DNA of 64,000 nucleotides from Eledone cirrhosa (GCA_964016885.1 OZ024740.1:437596001-437660000), one strand, 5' to 3'. Positions 36,878-49,839 are shown, numbered from the stretch's first letter. Notes: generated from the sequence alone by a model not told the origin. Translations and numbers: made by a program.

Positions 36878-39800
36878 TCAGGATTTGGGCACCATGGCCC
36901 ATTCGAGAAGAGAATTACTGTTTGCGGAGACATATCCGGGTGTGGGTGGTTTGTCCGGGATTACTTGGAGGAATTTGTCCAAAGACTTCTTGAATCTTGT
37001 GTGGTCAGTTTCTGTTTTGACGTGTCCTGGTGTGATGTTGAAGAGAGCAGGGCCGATTGAGGTGAAATAATTGTGCCGTATTGTTGTTATGAGTTGCGAT
37101 TTAGATTTTTGAATGGGACGGATAGCACGGGGCCCAAGCCTTGGGTGTATCTTGAAGGCGATGCCAACATCATTTGGGCAGTGATGATGGAACATTTTCC
37201 ACATCATGCAGATAATATAACGCTCACGGCGACGTTGGAGTGAGTAAAGTTTCAGGTTTTCCAATCGACCCCAGTAGTCAAGGTCTGACATGCCATCTAT
37301 CTTTTTCGTGATTGCCCTTTGAGGAGCTTCAAGTTTCATGATACTTTGTTTCGTGTGGGGAGACCACAGTGGACAACAGTATTCAAGGTGTGGTCGGGCG
37401 AAAGTAGAGAAGAGAAGGATAATGGTGCGGGAATCTCTCGACTGGAAGGTTCTGAGGATCCAGGAACACATTCTGCGGGCCATGTCAACTTTGCTGCTTA
37501 TATGCGTGGTCCAGCTTATGTTGCTGTCCACGGTTACTCCCAAGTCTCTGATGTTGTTAGATGCCACGAGAGTTTCCCCGGAGGGAAGGGAGTACGGGAG
37601 TTTCAGAGCATCCTCTTTTCCAAAGTGGATCAGTTCGAATTTGTCTTCGTTCAGTAACATGTTGTTCTTTTCTGCCCATTGGGTAACAGCCAGTAGGTCT
37701 GACTGAAGGCTTATCCGGTCATCCACGCCATTGATGACCTTTTGGAGCTTGGAATCATCAGCGAAAATTTTAATGTTGCTGTGTTTGATGATGTCAGTGA
37801 TGTCATTAATATAGATGATGAAGAAAAGTGGGCCCAACACAGTGCCTTGTGGGACTCCACTACTGACTTTGGCTGGGCTTGATTTGACTCCCTCAACTAC
37901 AACATGTTGGGTTCTGTTTGACAGGAAGCTCTTGATCCACTGCAGCAGCTTTCCAGTGACACCAATATTGGACAGCTTTCTCAGTAGAATGTTATGATCA
38001 ACCCTGTCAAAGGCCTTGCTGAAATCAAGGTAGATAACATCAGTGTTGGAACCCTCTCCCAAGGCTCTCAAAATGTCATCAAAGTGATGCAGTAGTTGCG
38101 TCAGGCAATCCCTTCCATTACGGAATCCATGCTGGTTGGAGTTCAGCATATTGTTACTCTCAAGGAAGTGGGTCATTCGCGATCTCACCACTCGCTCAAA
38201 TACCTTAATGATATGAGAGGTGAGTGAGATTGGACGGTAATTCACGGCAAGGGATTTGTTTCCCTTTTTGAAAACTGGGACAACAGACTGGGATAGAAGG
38301 TTTTCTGGCACATATCCAGCATCCAGTGAGTTCCGCCACAGATTGGCAAGAGGAGAAGCAAGTTGGTGTTGACACGCCTTCAAGACACAAGCAGGGAACC
38401 TATCGGGACCTACTGCTGAATTATGTTTGATTTCCTTTATTGCCGCCAAGACATCAGGGGCGCCAAACGTTATGTCCGATAAGGTGTAATGGGGAATAAC
38501 ATCGCCGATACAGCCCAGATCGGCCATATCAGGATTGCTGAAAACAGAGCAGTATTGTTTCTGCAGTATCTCACCCATGGTTTTAGCATTGTCTTGAAGA
38601 GTGCCATTTTCATCAATTAGAGGGCCAACAGTAGAGCCAGTGATTTTGTGTTTTTTTGCAAATGAAAAGAACACTTTGGGATTGAGTTTGATCTTCTCAA
38701 TGGCCCAGGCCTCTTCAGCTCTTCTCTGATTGTTGATGAGGGACATTATGTTGTTTTGGAGGTTATGTTTTTTAATCTCTAGTGATGAAATGGCAGTCAA
38801 GTTGATGTGTTGCTGCTGACAGTATTTCAGCTTGTTGATTTTTTTGTTCGTTCTCTTAATTTTTCTGATGAGTGTTTTTCTATTTCTAGGGATTCTGCTC
38901 TTAGATTTGTTTATAGTTCTTAATGGGGTGTGTTTAGCACATATGTTTGTAACAGTGTCCACAAAAGTCTGCCAGGACTTTTTGATGTTAGTGGGTGTAT
39001 GAGTGTGCGTGAAGGACCAGTCGACATGTGCAAGATCATGACTGATCGCTTCCCAGTTTGCATTGTGGAAATCCATAGCGTCAAACGGATGGACAGGAGA
39101 AATGACATTGGGTTTGTATATTGGACGGTGGAATCTCAGATCACAGAGAACCATGTCATGATCAGAGAGTAGAGTTTTCTCCACTGCAATATTGTGGATA
39201 TTGTCAGTGTGATTGCTGAAAATTAAGTCTAGGACGTTTTTGTGGCACCTCGTTGGTTCGAGCACTAGTTGGGATAGGAAGAAATCATCCATGAAGTCAA
39301 GAAGCGATTCCACAGCTTCCCTGTCAGAGGTTGAGGCAGAAGAACCTGGTGGCAGGGTGTTTGTGGACCAGTCAACTCCGGGGAGGTTGAAGTCCCCCAT
39401 CATTAAGATGTTGTCAGGGTGACACTCTTGGATGAAACACTTTATGCTGTTGAGGCATTCCTTGAAGCATGGTACAGGCGTTTGGGGTGGCCTATAGAGC
39501 CCAACTACTAATAGGTTGTTGGTTTGACTGAATACAGTGACTGCCTCACAGTATCCATTAGTGAATATGTTCATAGCCTCTGTTGAGAAAGAATTATGGA
39601 CATAAATGGCAGTTCCGCCCTTTCTTCTGCCAGCGCGATCAGCACGGATGGCTTTGAAATTTTTCACTTTCACCTCGGCTTCCAAGTGGAGGTTACTGAG
39701 ATGGGTTTCAGTGAGGACGAAGAAAGGGATGTGGTTTGGATGGACATCAATCCAGTCCTCCAGGAATTTGATCTTCCATTTTTGAGTATTGGTGGAAGGG

Positions 39801-39898
39801 CTGATGCCTTGGGCGTTAAGCAAAAATGTAGAGGCGAGAGTGGATGGTTTTAATTGTTTTGGTGTGTTGTTAATTTGTTTGTTTGTTAATGGCAGCAA
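36878..39898 (-). CDS. LINE ORF2: AP endonuclease plus reverse transcriptase (1006 aa)
   Basis: APE motifs LNAQG, LTETHL, GLYRPP, GDFN, LDLIF and SDH. RT motifs [29 protein letters not shown] and DLGV. The C-terminus [24 protein letters not shown] is CR1-like. The listed start is TTG. Confidence 0.95.
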   Translation of the reverse strand: MLPLTNKQINNTPKQLKPSTLASTFLLNAQGISPSTNTQKWKIKFLEDWIDVHPNHIPFFVLTETHLSNLHLEAEVKVKNFKAIRADRAGRRKGGTAIYVHNSFSTEAMNIFTNGYCEAVTVFSQTNNLLVVGLYRPPQTPVPCFKECLNSIKCFIQECHPDNILMMGDFNLPGVDWSTNTLPPGSSASTSDREAVESLLDFMDDFFLSQLVLEPTRCHKNVLDLIFSNHTDNIHNIAVEKTLLSDHDMVLCDLRFHRPIYKPNVISPVHPFDAMDFHNANWEAISHDLAHVDWSFTHTHTPTNIKKSWQTFVDTVTNICAKHTPLRTINKSKSRIPRNRKTLIRKIKRTNKKINKLKYCQQQHINLTAISSLEIKKHNLQNNIMSLINNQRRAEEAWAIEKIKLNPKVFFSFAKKHKITGSTVGPLIDENGTLQDNAKTMGEILQKQYCSVFSNPDMADLGCIGDVIPHYTLSDITFGAPDVLAAIKEIKHNSAVGPDRFPACVLKACQHQLASPLANLWRNSLDAGYVPENLLSQSVVPVFKKGNKSLAVNYRPISLTSHIIKVFERVVRSRMTHFLESNNMLNSNQHGFRNGRDCLTQLLHHFDDILRALGEGSNTDVIYLDFSKAFDRVDHNILLRKLSNIGVTGKLLQWIKSFLSNRTQHVVVEGVKSSPAKVSSGVPQGTVLGPLFFIIYINDITDIIKHSNIKIFADDSKLQKVINGVDDRISLQSDLLAVTQWAEKNNMLLNEDKFELIHFGKEDALKLPYSLPSGETLVASNNIRDLGVTVDSNISWTTHISSKVDMARRMCSWILRTFQSRDSRTIILLFSTFARPHLEYCCPLWSPHTKQSIMKLEAPQRAITKKIDGMSDLDYWGRLENLKLYSLQRRRERYIICMMWKMFHHHCPNDVGIAFKIHPRLGPRAIRPIQKSKSQLITTIRHNYFTSIGPALFNITPGHVKTETDHTRFKKSLDKFLQVIPDKPPTPGYVSANSNSLLEWAMVPKS

Positions 39899-40650
39899 TG
39901 GGAGTTTGTGCAGTGGGGTGATAGTGGAGGGTGGTGCTGGGTGATAGCTCGAATGTTTTTTTCCAGTTCTTTTGCCAGATTCATTATGGCTAAAAAAGAG
40001 GAAGAAGTTTCCTGTTTAGAAGACTGTTGGTGACTGTGGTAGTGGTTATTTTTATGTAGGTTATGGTTTTTGTTTTTGCTTTTATTTTTAATTTTATTTT
40101 CATTTATCCGACGGGTCCCCGGGAGATGGGTAAAGGGACAATCCCGGTCTAAACACAATCTGTCTCGCAGGGAAAAACGGCAGATTTGTGGATTCCTTGT
40201 TTGAGTTATTGGTGGTTGTGTTGGTGTTAAATTAGAGTATGTATTATGGTGGTGGCTGTTTGTGGGGATAGATCGTTTTGTCCTAGGTAAATGGGTGAAT
40301 TTGCAGCCACTATCCGTACATATTCTATAGCGTAGAGAGTAGCGGCAAATGATGGGGTTTCGAGTGGGTGGGTATGTGGGTGTGGGTGTTGTGAGAGGTG
40401 TAGATGATGGTTTGGGTAGGATTTGATGACCTTTGTGGACTGTGGGAGGGAGAGTTCTTGTTCTGGTATTAGAAGGTAAATTCCTTGACATAGCAGTAGA
40501 CAAAAATGTTGTAGTAGTAGTAGTAGTAGTAGGCAGAGATGTTGGCAGTGGTGATGATTGGACTGCTGGGCCAGAGAAAGGATGTGGCGTTTCATGCTGT
40601 GAGACAGAGGCTACTGGGGGGTCAATAGTTTCATTTAGTAGATCGGCCAT
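39886..40650 (-). CDS. LINE ORF1 with two CCCH-type zinc fingers (the frame stays open upstream through a polyQ tract to 40851)
   Basis: ATG at 40650. [19 protein letters not shown] and [19 protein letters not shown] fit C-x8-C-x4-C-x3-H. Lies directly upstream of and overlapping ORF2. Confidence 0.8.
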   Translation of the reverse strand: MADLLNETIDPPVASVSQHETPHPFSGPAVQSSPLPTSLPTTTTTTTTFLSTAMSRNLPSNTRTRTLPPTVHKGHQILPKPSSTPLTTPTPTYPPTRNPIICRYSLRYRICTDSGCKFTHLPRTKRSIPTNSHHHNTYSNLTPTQPPITQTRNPQICRFSLRDRLCLDRDCPFTHLPGTRRINENKIKNKSKNKNHNLHKNNHYHSHQQSSKQETSSSFLAIMNLAKELEKNIRAITQHHPPLSPHCTNSHCCH

Positions 40651-40870
40651 TGTTGATGAATCAAGGAGTGGTTCACACTGTTGTTGTCGTTGTTGTTGTT
40701 GTTGTTGCTGTTGTTGTTGTTGTAGCTGTTGTTGTTGTTGTTGTTGTTGCTGTTGTAGCTGCTGTTGTTGTTGTTGCTGTTGTAGCTGCTGTTGTTGTTG
40801 TTGCTGCTGCTGGACAGCATTCAAAGAGAAAACACACCGTAGTTTATCCAAATGTTTATATATATATATG

Positions 40871-40901
<31 letters not shown>

Positions 40902-40934
40902 GTGTATATATATATATATATGTATATATATGTG

Positions 40935-40969
<35 letters not shown>

Positions 40970-40988
40970 GTGTATATATATATATATG

Positions 40989-41086
<98 letters not shown>

Positions 41087-41158
41087 TGTATATCTATATA
41101 TGTATATCTATATATGTATATATATATATGTATATATATATATGTATATCTATATCTG

Positions 41159-41189
<31 letters not shown>

Positions 41190-41208
41190 GTATATATATG
41201 TATATGTA

Positions 41209-41566
41209 TCATCATCATCATCATTTCATTTTACGTCCGCTTTTTCCCTGCAAGGGAAAGGGAACTTGCAAGGGTGGGACGGGAACTGATTCTGGCTTGA
41301 TTTCTACAGCTGGATGCACTTTCTAACACCAACCTCATTTACAGTGAGTGGTGGGTGCTTCTTTGCCGTGGCACCTCCACGACCACTTTGCAGTGGAATG
41401 ATAGGGACCCCAGTCCCTATCATCTCATCTCTACAGCTGAGTAAACTGGAGCAATTTGAAATAAAGTGTCTTGCTCAAGGACACAACACATCAGCTGGTC
41501 TGAGAATTGAACTCACAACCTGTCGATTGCAAGGCCAATGCTCTCACCACTAAGCCATATGTCTCC
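41209..41566 (-). mobile_element. SINE family 1, full length
   Basis: Matches the consensus, with a small insertion in the tail. Confidence 0.92.
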
Positions 41567-41588
41567 ATATATATATATATGTATATAT

Positions 41589-43240
41589 ATGGTAAGGCGG
41601 CCGGACCATCGGGAATAGTTGCTGAGATGCTGAAGGCATCAGGGGACGTAGGCACTAAACTGGTTGCACGCATAATCAATCAGGCTATATATGGTGGTGT
41701 CATACCCAAAGACTGGTGCAGCAGTATTCTCATAAATTGCTACAAAGGTAAAGGGGATGCTTTGGAGAGGAGCAATTATAGGGGTATAAAACTGATAGAT
41801 CAGGTTATGAAAGTGGCAGAAAGTATTTTAGCACAACTAATTAGAGAAAGGGTCAAACTAGATGAGATGCAGTTTGGTTTTGTGCCTGGGAAGAGTACAA
41901 CAGATGCCCTCTTCTTGGTGAGACAAATGCAAGAGAGGTTCTTAGAGAAGAATAAGCCACTATACTTAGCCTTTGTTGACCTAGAGAAGGCCTTTGATAG
42001 GGTACCCCGATCTGTCATCTGGTGGTCCCTAAGGAAGCTGGGTGTTGAGGAATGGCTTGTAAGGACAGTGCAAACTTTGTACAGAGGTACTCTCAGTAAA
42101 GTCAGGGTAGGAATGGAGTTTAGTGAGGAATTCCAGATACAAGTAGGAGTACATCAGGGTTCGGTCCTCAGCCCGCTCTTGTTCATTATAGTCCTCCAAG
42201 CCATAACAGAGGAGTTTAAGACTGGCTGTCCATGGGAACTTCTCTATGCTGACGATCTGGCTCTTATGGCAGAATCAGTAGAGGAGCTAGAGAATAAATT
42301 CCGGCTATGGAAACAGCAGTTGGAAGCAAGAGGACTGAGAGTAAATCTAGCTAAGACAAAAGTGTTGATGAGTAGAAAAGAGGACAAAACCCTGATTCCA
42401 TCAGGGAAATGGCCATGTTCGATATGCAGAAAAGGAACTGGCATAAATTCTATAAAATGCACACAATGTAGGTCCTGGGTACACAAGAGATGTAGCGGGA
42501 TAGCAGGCAAACTAACAGGTAGGGAGAAATATGTATGCAGTAGATGTACAGGGAAATTAGACTTTAGAAGTCGCACTGATAGACACATTTTTCAAATGCG
42601 AGAGGGCGCTATAGAAGAGGTGGATAGCTTCCGGTACCTAGGAGATCAGATTAGCATGGGAGGAGGGTGTTCCGAGGCCATAGTATCTAGAATAAGGACG
42701 GGTTGGAAGAAGTTTGGGGAGCTGCTTCCTCTGTTGACGAAGAAGGGTTTCTCCCTGCGTACGAAAGGCCGGTTGTATGATGCCTGTGTGAGGAGCGCGA
42801 TGCTGCATGGTAGTGAGACATGGGCAGCTACCGCAGAAGATATGCGACGGCTGGAGAGAAATGAGGCAAGCATGCTCCGTTGGATGTGCAGTGTAAATGT
42901 GCGTGAACGACCCAGCATAAATGTGTTGAGAGAGAAACTGTGTCTGAGAGGGATAGAATGTAGTGTACGGGAGAGGAGACTGAGGTGGTATGGACATGTG
43001 ATGCGCATGGAGGATGACCGATGGGTGAAGAAGTGCCAGGAAATGCTAGTTGAAGGAAGACGTGGTAGAGGTAGACCACGAAAAACATGGGCGGAGGTGG
43101 TGAGAACAGACCTCAGATCATTGAAGCTCACGGTGGAGATGACGAGGGACCGTGACGAGTGGAGAGATGCTGTGCTGAATAAGACCCGTCCCACCCTTGC
43201 AAGCAGGGAAAAGCGGACGTAAAATGATGATGATGATGAT
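41589..43240 (+). mobile_element. RTE family C, 5'-truncated young copy with an open RT frame
   Basis: Uninterrupted GKAAGPSG..YADDL..C4HC3..[13 protein letters not shown], with the stop almost directly before the (TGA)n tail. (TA)n on both sides. Confidence 0.96.
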
Positions 43241-43251
43241 ATATATATATA

Positions 43252-44104
43252 GCACTATTAGCCGCTAAAGGGTTCTCCCTAAAAATGAAAGGCTGGTTGT
43301 ATGATGCCTGCATACGAACAGCAATGTTGCATGGCAGTGAGACCTGGGCATTGTGTGCAGAGGATATACGCAGACTAGAGAGGAACGAAGCTTGCATGCT
43401 CCGCTGGATGTGTTATAGTAATATACGTGAACGGCAAAGCATAAACGAACTAAGGAAAAAATTAGAAATAAGAGGGATCAGATGTTGTTTACTCGAGAGG
43501 AGGCTACGTTGGTATGGTAACGTGATGCGCATGAAAGACGACAGCTGTATAACAAATTGCAGGGCAATAAAGATAGTCGGTAGCCACGGAGTAGGCAGAC
43601 CCAGAAAAACCTGGGACGAGCTGATAAATTCCAACCTCACACACTTACACCTCTCCAAGACAATGTCACTGGACCGAGAACTTTGGCGCTACACAGTAAT
43701 AGAGAAGACCCGCCTTACCTAAATACAAAGTAAAACCTACTACAGCCAGTAGGCATCTCTAACAAAATACACCCCTGTCCCACTACCCCCACCCCTTTCA
43801 ATGTAAAGTTATGTTGGTGCCACAACATCCAGGCCGAAACAAATGAGATCGTGTAGGTGTCACGACAAAAAACACACAGTCCACGCTGTAATGTGGCCGT
43901 GTAGGCAACACGGTAAAAACCTCCCAGTCTACACTGTAAATGTGGTTGGTGTTAGGAAGGGCATCCAGCTGTAGAAAACCCGCCAGACAGTCCTATGCGA
44001 GAAATGACAACCACTCTTGCCTCAAGTGGGAAAACTCCCGTCCAAACCCATGCAAGCGTGGAACATGGACGTTAAACGATGATGATGATGATGATGATGA
44101 TGAT
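43252..44104 (+). mobile_element. RTE family B 3' fragment
   Basis: [31 protein letters not shown], then 3'UTR and (GAT)n. Confidence 0.94.
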
Positions 44105-44446
44105 ATACAGTGGGTTTCTTCTTGCTTACATCTCACTCACGTCGGACGTCTGTACCATTCGCTCATGAAATCCAACCAGCTTATGCTGACCAGGACAAAC
44201 ATGTTGCTTCTTTTTTTCCTATCTTTGGTTTGCTTTTATCCTTCTATGTTGTTCACTTGTCCCCCTCGCTTTACGCGATTTACTTGTCCCAATAATTTTT
44301 TTTAGTTATTGCTCGCACCAACCTGAGGTATATGATTTTTAATGCGATGAAATACGAATGATGGTTGGAAAATCACTGACAAAGGACTATCTTTATCATA
44401 TGTAACCCATGTGCAACCACGCAGTATTCTTCTTTCTTCTCATGTT

Positions 44447-44526
<80 letters not shown>

Positions 44527-44573
44527 TACATTATTTATATCTCTATATATCTGTGTGTGAGAGAGCGTACATC

Positions 44574-44613
<40 letters not shown>

Positions 44614-44970
44614 GATGTATGTGTATGTATGTAAATAATGTATGCATATGTGTGTGCATATATATATATATATATATCATTCTTTTGTTTCTCCCTCTAC
44701 CACTCACCTTTACTGTTTTTTCCTTTATTTCTCCTCTTCAAACACCCCCTTCTCTCTCACTCTCTCTCCCTATCCCTCTAGAGATGAATGAGAGGAGCTA
44801 AGTCCCAAGAGAGACAACTCCACCTAATTAAACAAGGAGCCAGGAATTGTGGGAAGGAAAAAGGTGGGGTTATGTCTTATTCTAAAATGGCTGACGAGTT
44901 AATTTGTAGATTCAGTTGTAACTATTGGCATGTTAAGTTTGTCTATCTTTATATCTAGCATGTGTGTGTG

Positions 44971-45390
44971 TCATCATCATCACCGTTTTACGTCCGTTCT
45001 TCCACGCTAGAATGGGGTTAGACAGCTTGTCCTGTTGTGGGCAATGTTAGGTCGGCTGACCTTGTCTTGCTCATACGGGAACTGATTCTGGCTTGATTTC
45101 TACAGCTGGATGCCCTTCCTAACACCAACCCCATTTACAGTGAGTACTGGGTGCTTTTTTACCATGGCACATCCACGTCCATTTTATAGTGTGGGCTGGG
45201 TGCTTTTTTGTTGAGATACCTCCATGACCACTCTGCAGTGGGAGGGTGTGGGGGCATATTGTCTATATGCTTCAGCTTCAGCTTTCCTGTGAGAGGTCGG
45301 GTCTTCTATATTACTGCGTGACCCCAGAGATCACAGTCCTGTGTCATCGCAGTTGAGAGGTGTAACTGGTCTCCCCAATCCACGGCTGCC
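44971..45390 (-). mobile_element. Older RTE family A 3' end
   Basis: Diverged match to 13297-13760. Confidence 0.85.
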
Positions 45391-45789
45391 ATGTGTGTGT
45401 ATATATATATATATATGTATATATAATAATAATAATAGTATGTAGGGTGTGTGTATATGTGTACTTTGTGTTTTGGCTGACGTACGTCTGCGAACATATG
45501 TGTATTTACATGAAGGTATGTGTGTGCGCGTGCGTATATACGTATTTATGTGTGTATATTTATATACGTTTATATAATTATATGTATACACGCACACACA
45601 CACACATATATATATATTTTTATGTGTATTTGGTGTATACGTTTGTATGTGTGCGGGTACAGGCGTTGCATGGGTTTTGTATGTGCGTGTGTGTTTTTTG
45701 TGTACGTGCTTGTATTTGCATACCCATGGCAAGTGTTTTCGCGTATGCTTGTGTATGTACGTATATGGATGCGTGTATGTATATATTTA

Positions 45790-46420
45790 ATTTCAATTAC
45801 CTCTGTAATTTATTTACTTTATTCTTAACTCTGAAACCGAGAATCATTTGGTTTCCTAAATAGTCTACGACTTCAGTTATACCATATACGTGGATTTGTC
45901 TTTGCGTGTAATTATTCTCACCACTCCACATAATTGTTTCTATTTTTAGGCACAAGGCCAGCAATTACCCAGTACATTACTGGTACTTTATTTTATCGAC
46001 CCCGTAAGGATGAAAGGCAAAGTTAAACTCAGCAGGATTTGAACTCAGATCATAAAACTACTCCACATAATGACATATTATCTTCGTTTTTTCCGTCCAT
46101 TGCTAGAGAACATCTCCACGAACCACCTAATAGAATATTAGTCTACGACTTCTTTTATACCATAAATGTGGTTTTGTCTTTGCGTGTAATTGTTTTCACT
46201 GCTCCAAATAATGACGTATTATCTTCGTTTTTTTTCTGTTCTTTGCCAGGGAACATTTCCACGAACGAAAAAGTATTGTCTTCCTGTCTTCCTTCAGTTG
46301 CAACGTTTTTTGAAATATTTACTTCTGTGTTCACAGATTGATTTTTTTAGTTTCAGAAGATCCCGTTAAGGGTGAAAGCAGCGATTCTTTGCTTAAACTT
46401 TAATCTGTTATTTTAATAAA
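45790..46420. mobile_element. Unclassified repeat, interrupted by a SINE and with an internal duplication
   Basis: TTTGTCTTTGCGTGTAATT..CTCCACATAATGAC occurs twice here and also at 3960-4015. The right end is shared with 26625-26775. Confidence 0.7.
45935..46059 (-). mobile_element. SINE family 2, 5'-truncated, with a 12-bp target-site duplication
   Basis: ACTCCACATAAT at 45923-45934 and 46060-46071. Confidence 0.88.
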
Positions 46421-46433
46421 TATATATATATAT

Positions 46434-49165
46434 CACCTTGACCGACCAGTCTGACGGGCGTCCATTCGGCGCCGCTGGTCACAGCGCGCCATCCATTCCT
46501 CTCTGGATCGTGCTTTCCTCATCCATGTAGTCCCAATCATATTCCTAAAATCATAACTCCACCTTCGTGGAGGCCTTCCGAGTGGTCATTTCCGCTCGCG
46601 CAGATACCACTCGGCAACTGCACGGGTCCACTGATTATCAGTGAACCGGGCAATGTGTCTAGCCCATCTGAACTTGCTGTGCATATATTCCGTGATGACG
46701 TCCCTCACGCCGGACTTCTGTCTGATGACTTCGCTCCTGATGTGCTCTCTCAACGAGATTCCTAGCATTGATCTCTCCATGGCTCTTTGAGCCGTTACCA
46801 GCCTCTGATCTTCTCTCTTCATTGTAGCCCAAGTTTCATTGCCATATAACATTGCAGGTAAAACTGTGCTATTGAAGAGGTTGGTGCGGGTGGTCTTGTC
46901 CAACCTCCCCTTGAGCACATCCCTTATGCTATTGAACGCCTTCCATCGGACGTTACTCTCCGCGAGATCTCCCTCTCAATGTCTCGGCGCATGTTCACTT
47001 CTTGTCCTAGGTAGACGTATTCCTCCACCAACCACCATTCGACCTGTTGGTACGTTGTCGGACCGCTTGAACTTCGTTTTCATGCGGTTCATCTTGAGGC
47101 CTACATCTCGAGCTCTGTCAGCATGGTCTGAAGCTGATCCGTGGTTTCAGCGATGAGTACGATGTCATCAGCAAAACGGAGTTGGGTAAGTATCTCGCCA
47201 TTGATGTTCACACCATCTTGCCAGTCAATACCTCTGATGATCTGCTCGAGACACGCGGTGAAAAGTTTTGGAGAGATCGTATCTCCTTGCTTCACTTCCT
47301 TCTCGACCGGCACTCGTACGGTTGATGACAGCAGAGCTATGTCGGTGGTGCATCCGGAATTCGCCTCCTTGAGCAGTTGAACGTATTGCACCTCGGCTCC
47401 TTGCCTCTGCGTTGATTTCGACGCTGTTCAAGGCCTTCTCGTAGTTTACGAACGCGATGCAAAGAGGCATCTTGTACTCTTTCGCTCGCTCAAGCAGTTG
47501 TGTCAGAGTAAATATGTGGTCCATCGTGCTGTAGTTCTTCCGGAAGCCGGCTTGCTCTCTCGGTTGCTGTTCGTCCAGATGACATGATAACCTGTTCAGG
47601 ATTATCTTTGTGAACAGCTTGTACACGTGAGACAGCAGGCATATGGGACGGTAGTTCTTCAGATCTTCTCTATCACCCTTCTTGTATAGCAGGATGGTAT
47701 TCGACTCTTTCCACTGTGAGATAGTGTGTGAATCGCTCGGCGAGGATTTTTCAGAGCTGCTCTCCGCTTGACTTCAACACCGCCATTCCGTTTTTCATCA
47801 AGCCGACGGCTCTTTCGACCTCACTGACAAGGATGGGTGGCACATTTTCTTCCTGTTGGAGTGACGGCAACGGCTGCACATTCCCGGCAGACCTGAAGAA
47901 CTTGGTGTAGAATTCTTCACAAACCTTTTCCACCTCACTCTTGTCGCTGACCGGTACTCCAGCTGTGTTTTTCAGGGTCGTCACCTCCGATCTGTACATT
48001 GCCATGTCCCTCTTGCATTTCTTGAGGCTCTTCTTTTCCTCTGTGGCCTTCAAGAGCTTCTCCATCCGGTATGCCTCGAAGTGTCTCTTCAATTGTTGAC
48101 GTATCACTCTGCTGAGAAGGGAATATTCGAGGTGATCTTCAGGTGTCCTCTTCAAGCAACTTCATAGTTTCCTCCAAGACTCTTCCCTTCCGCTCCTTCG
48201 GGCACACACCCTTAACCTTCCTCAAGCACTCCTTCAGTTTCTTTATCAGTGAGTCGTAGTCAGCGTCTATGCCCTCTCCTTGATGCCAGTTTTCCTGCAT
48301 GATGGCTTCCTGCAGCTGCGCCTCGTTGAAGACCTGGACGCGTTCTCCCTTCGACGCCAAATGCAACGCCTTCTTCTCGTTCGTCCAGTTGATGACGACC
48401 TTCGCCCTCACCAGACGATGATCACTGCCAGTGTTGAATGGCGTTATGACGGAGACGTCTTGCAGTATGCGTCGCTTGTCGACCAGGATGTAGTCGATCT
48501 CGTTTCGGTGCTCAGAATTTGACGATACCCAGGTCCGTCTCTTCTCCTCCTTCTTCCTGAATAGGCTGTTTCCAATGTAGAGCCGTCTCGCCTCCGCCGT
48601 GGTGACCAGACGCTTTCTTTCCTCTCTCATTTCGCTCTCCTAGGCTGAATCTTCTGACATACTCTTCCCCATGCCATCCCTGTCCGACCTTGGCATTGAA
48701 GTCTCCCATTACGACGGTGTAAGTGGACTTCACAGCTAGCACTTTGTCTAGCTGGCGATAGAATTCTTCCACTTCATCGTCATCGCTGGCATTTGTGGGA
48801 GCGTAGGTCTTGAGGGTGGCCTTCCCTAAGAGGTTCACGTTCAGTACACCAATCCGTGACGATATGAACTGGCAAGAAGCGACCTTCGAAGCCCATTTCT
48901 TGCTTATGATGAACCCTATACCTCCGACCGATCTGGCACCCTCTGCTTTCCCGAGTCTCACAGCACATCCATCTTGCCATTGTGAACTCGCCTCTTTCTT
49001 CTGGTGGGTCTCGCACAGCTCTAACACGGCGCACCTGATCTTCTTCTCCTCCATTAGCTGGTTCTGTCCTTGCCCCCCTGCCAAAGACTTGCAGTTGTAG
49101 GTGCATATGGCAAGGTTAGTCCTGTTCCATGGCGGCCTTCGGGAACCTGTGATTCTTTAGCAGCA
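46434..49165 (-). pseudogene. Decayed near-full-length RTE (BovB-like) single-ORF LINE: APE plus RT
   Basis: LAICTYNC, YAPT, MGDFNAKVG, NEIDYIL, GSDHRLVRA, NYRPICLL, EQAGFR, KQGDTISPKLF, LRFADD and LPAMLYG.ETW, spread over several frames. No PHD insert. TA-flanked. Confidence 0.93.
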
Positions 49166-49338
49166 TATATATATGTTAAGTTGTCTATCTTTAGATGTAG
49201 TATGTGTGTATATAGAAATATCAAGGTATATATGTATAAATGTCCATATGTGTGTCTGTGTGTATATATATATATGTGCGTGTGCAGTCTAATAAAAAAT
49301 ATACACTCCAGTCTATGTAATATCAGAACACCATTACC

Positions 49339-49831
49339 CATCATCATCATCATCATCAACGTTTAACGTCCGTGTTCCACGCTTGCATGGGTTTGGACGG
49401 GGGTTTTCCCACTTGAGGCAAGAGTGATTGTCTTGCTCGCATAGGACTGTCTGGCAGGTTTTCTACAGTTGGATGCCCTTCCTAACACCAACCACGTTTA
49501 CAGTGTGGGTCTGGGAGGTTTTTACCGTGTTGCCTACACGGCCACATTACAGCGTGGACTGTGTGTTTTTTTGTCGTGACACCTACACGATCTCATTTGT
49601 TTCGGCCTGGATGGTGTGGCACCAACATAACTTTACATAGAAGGGGGCGGTGTGGATGGGGTGGGGGTGGTGGGACGGGGGTGTATTTTGTTAGAGATGC
49701 CTACTGATGTAGTAGGTTTTACTTTGTATTTAGGTAAGGCGGGTCTTCTCTATTACTGAGTACCGCCAAAGGTCTCGGTCCAGTGACATTGTCTTGGTGA
49801 AGTGTAAGTGTGTGAGGTCGTAGTTTATCAA
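49339..49831 (-). mobile_element. RTE family B 3' fragment
   Basis: Matches 10877-11360. Confidence 0.92.
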
Positions 49832-49839
49832 TATTTGTG

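Larger units (their letters stand above)
36791..40856 (-). mobile_element. Apparently full-length two-ORF CR1-group LINE
   Basis: ORF1 and an uninterrupted APE-RT ORF2, a short 3'UTR and a (TTCAAAGTTA)2 tail. (TA)n at both ends. Confidence 0.92.

Noticed and set aside
41507-41588. N-terminal extension of the 571-aa RT ORF
   Set aside because: It is chance read-through from the antisense SINE head and the TA tract into a truncated LINE.
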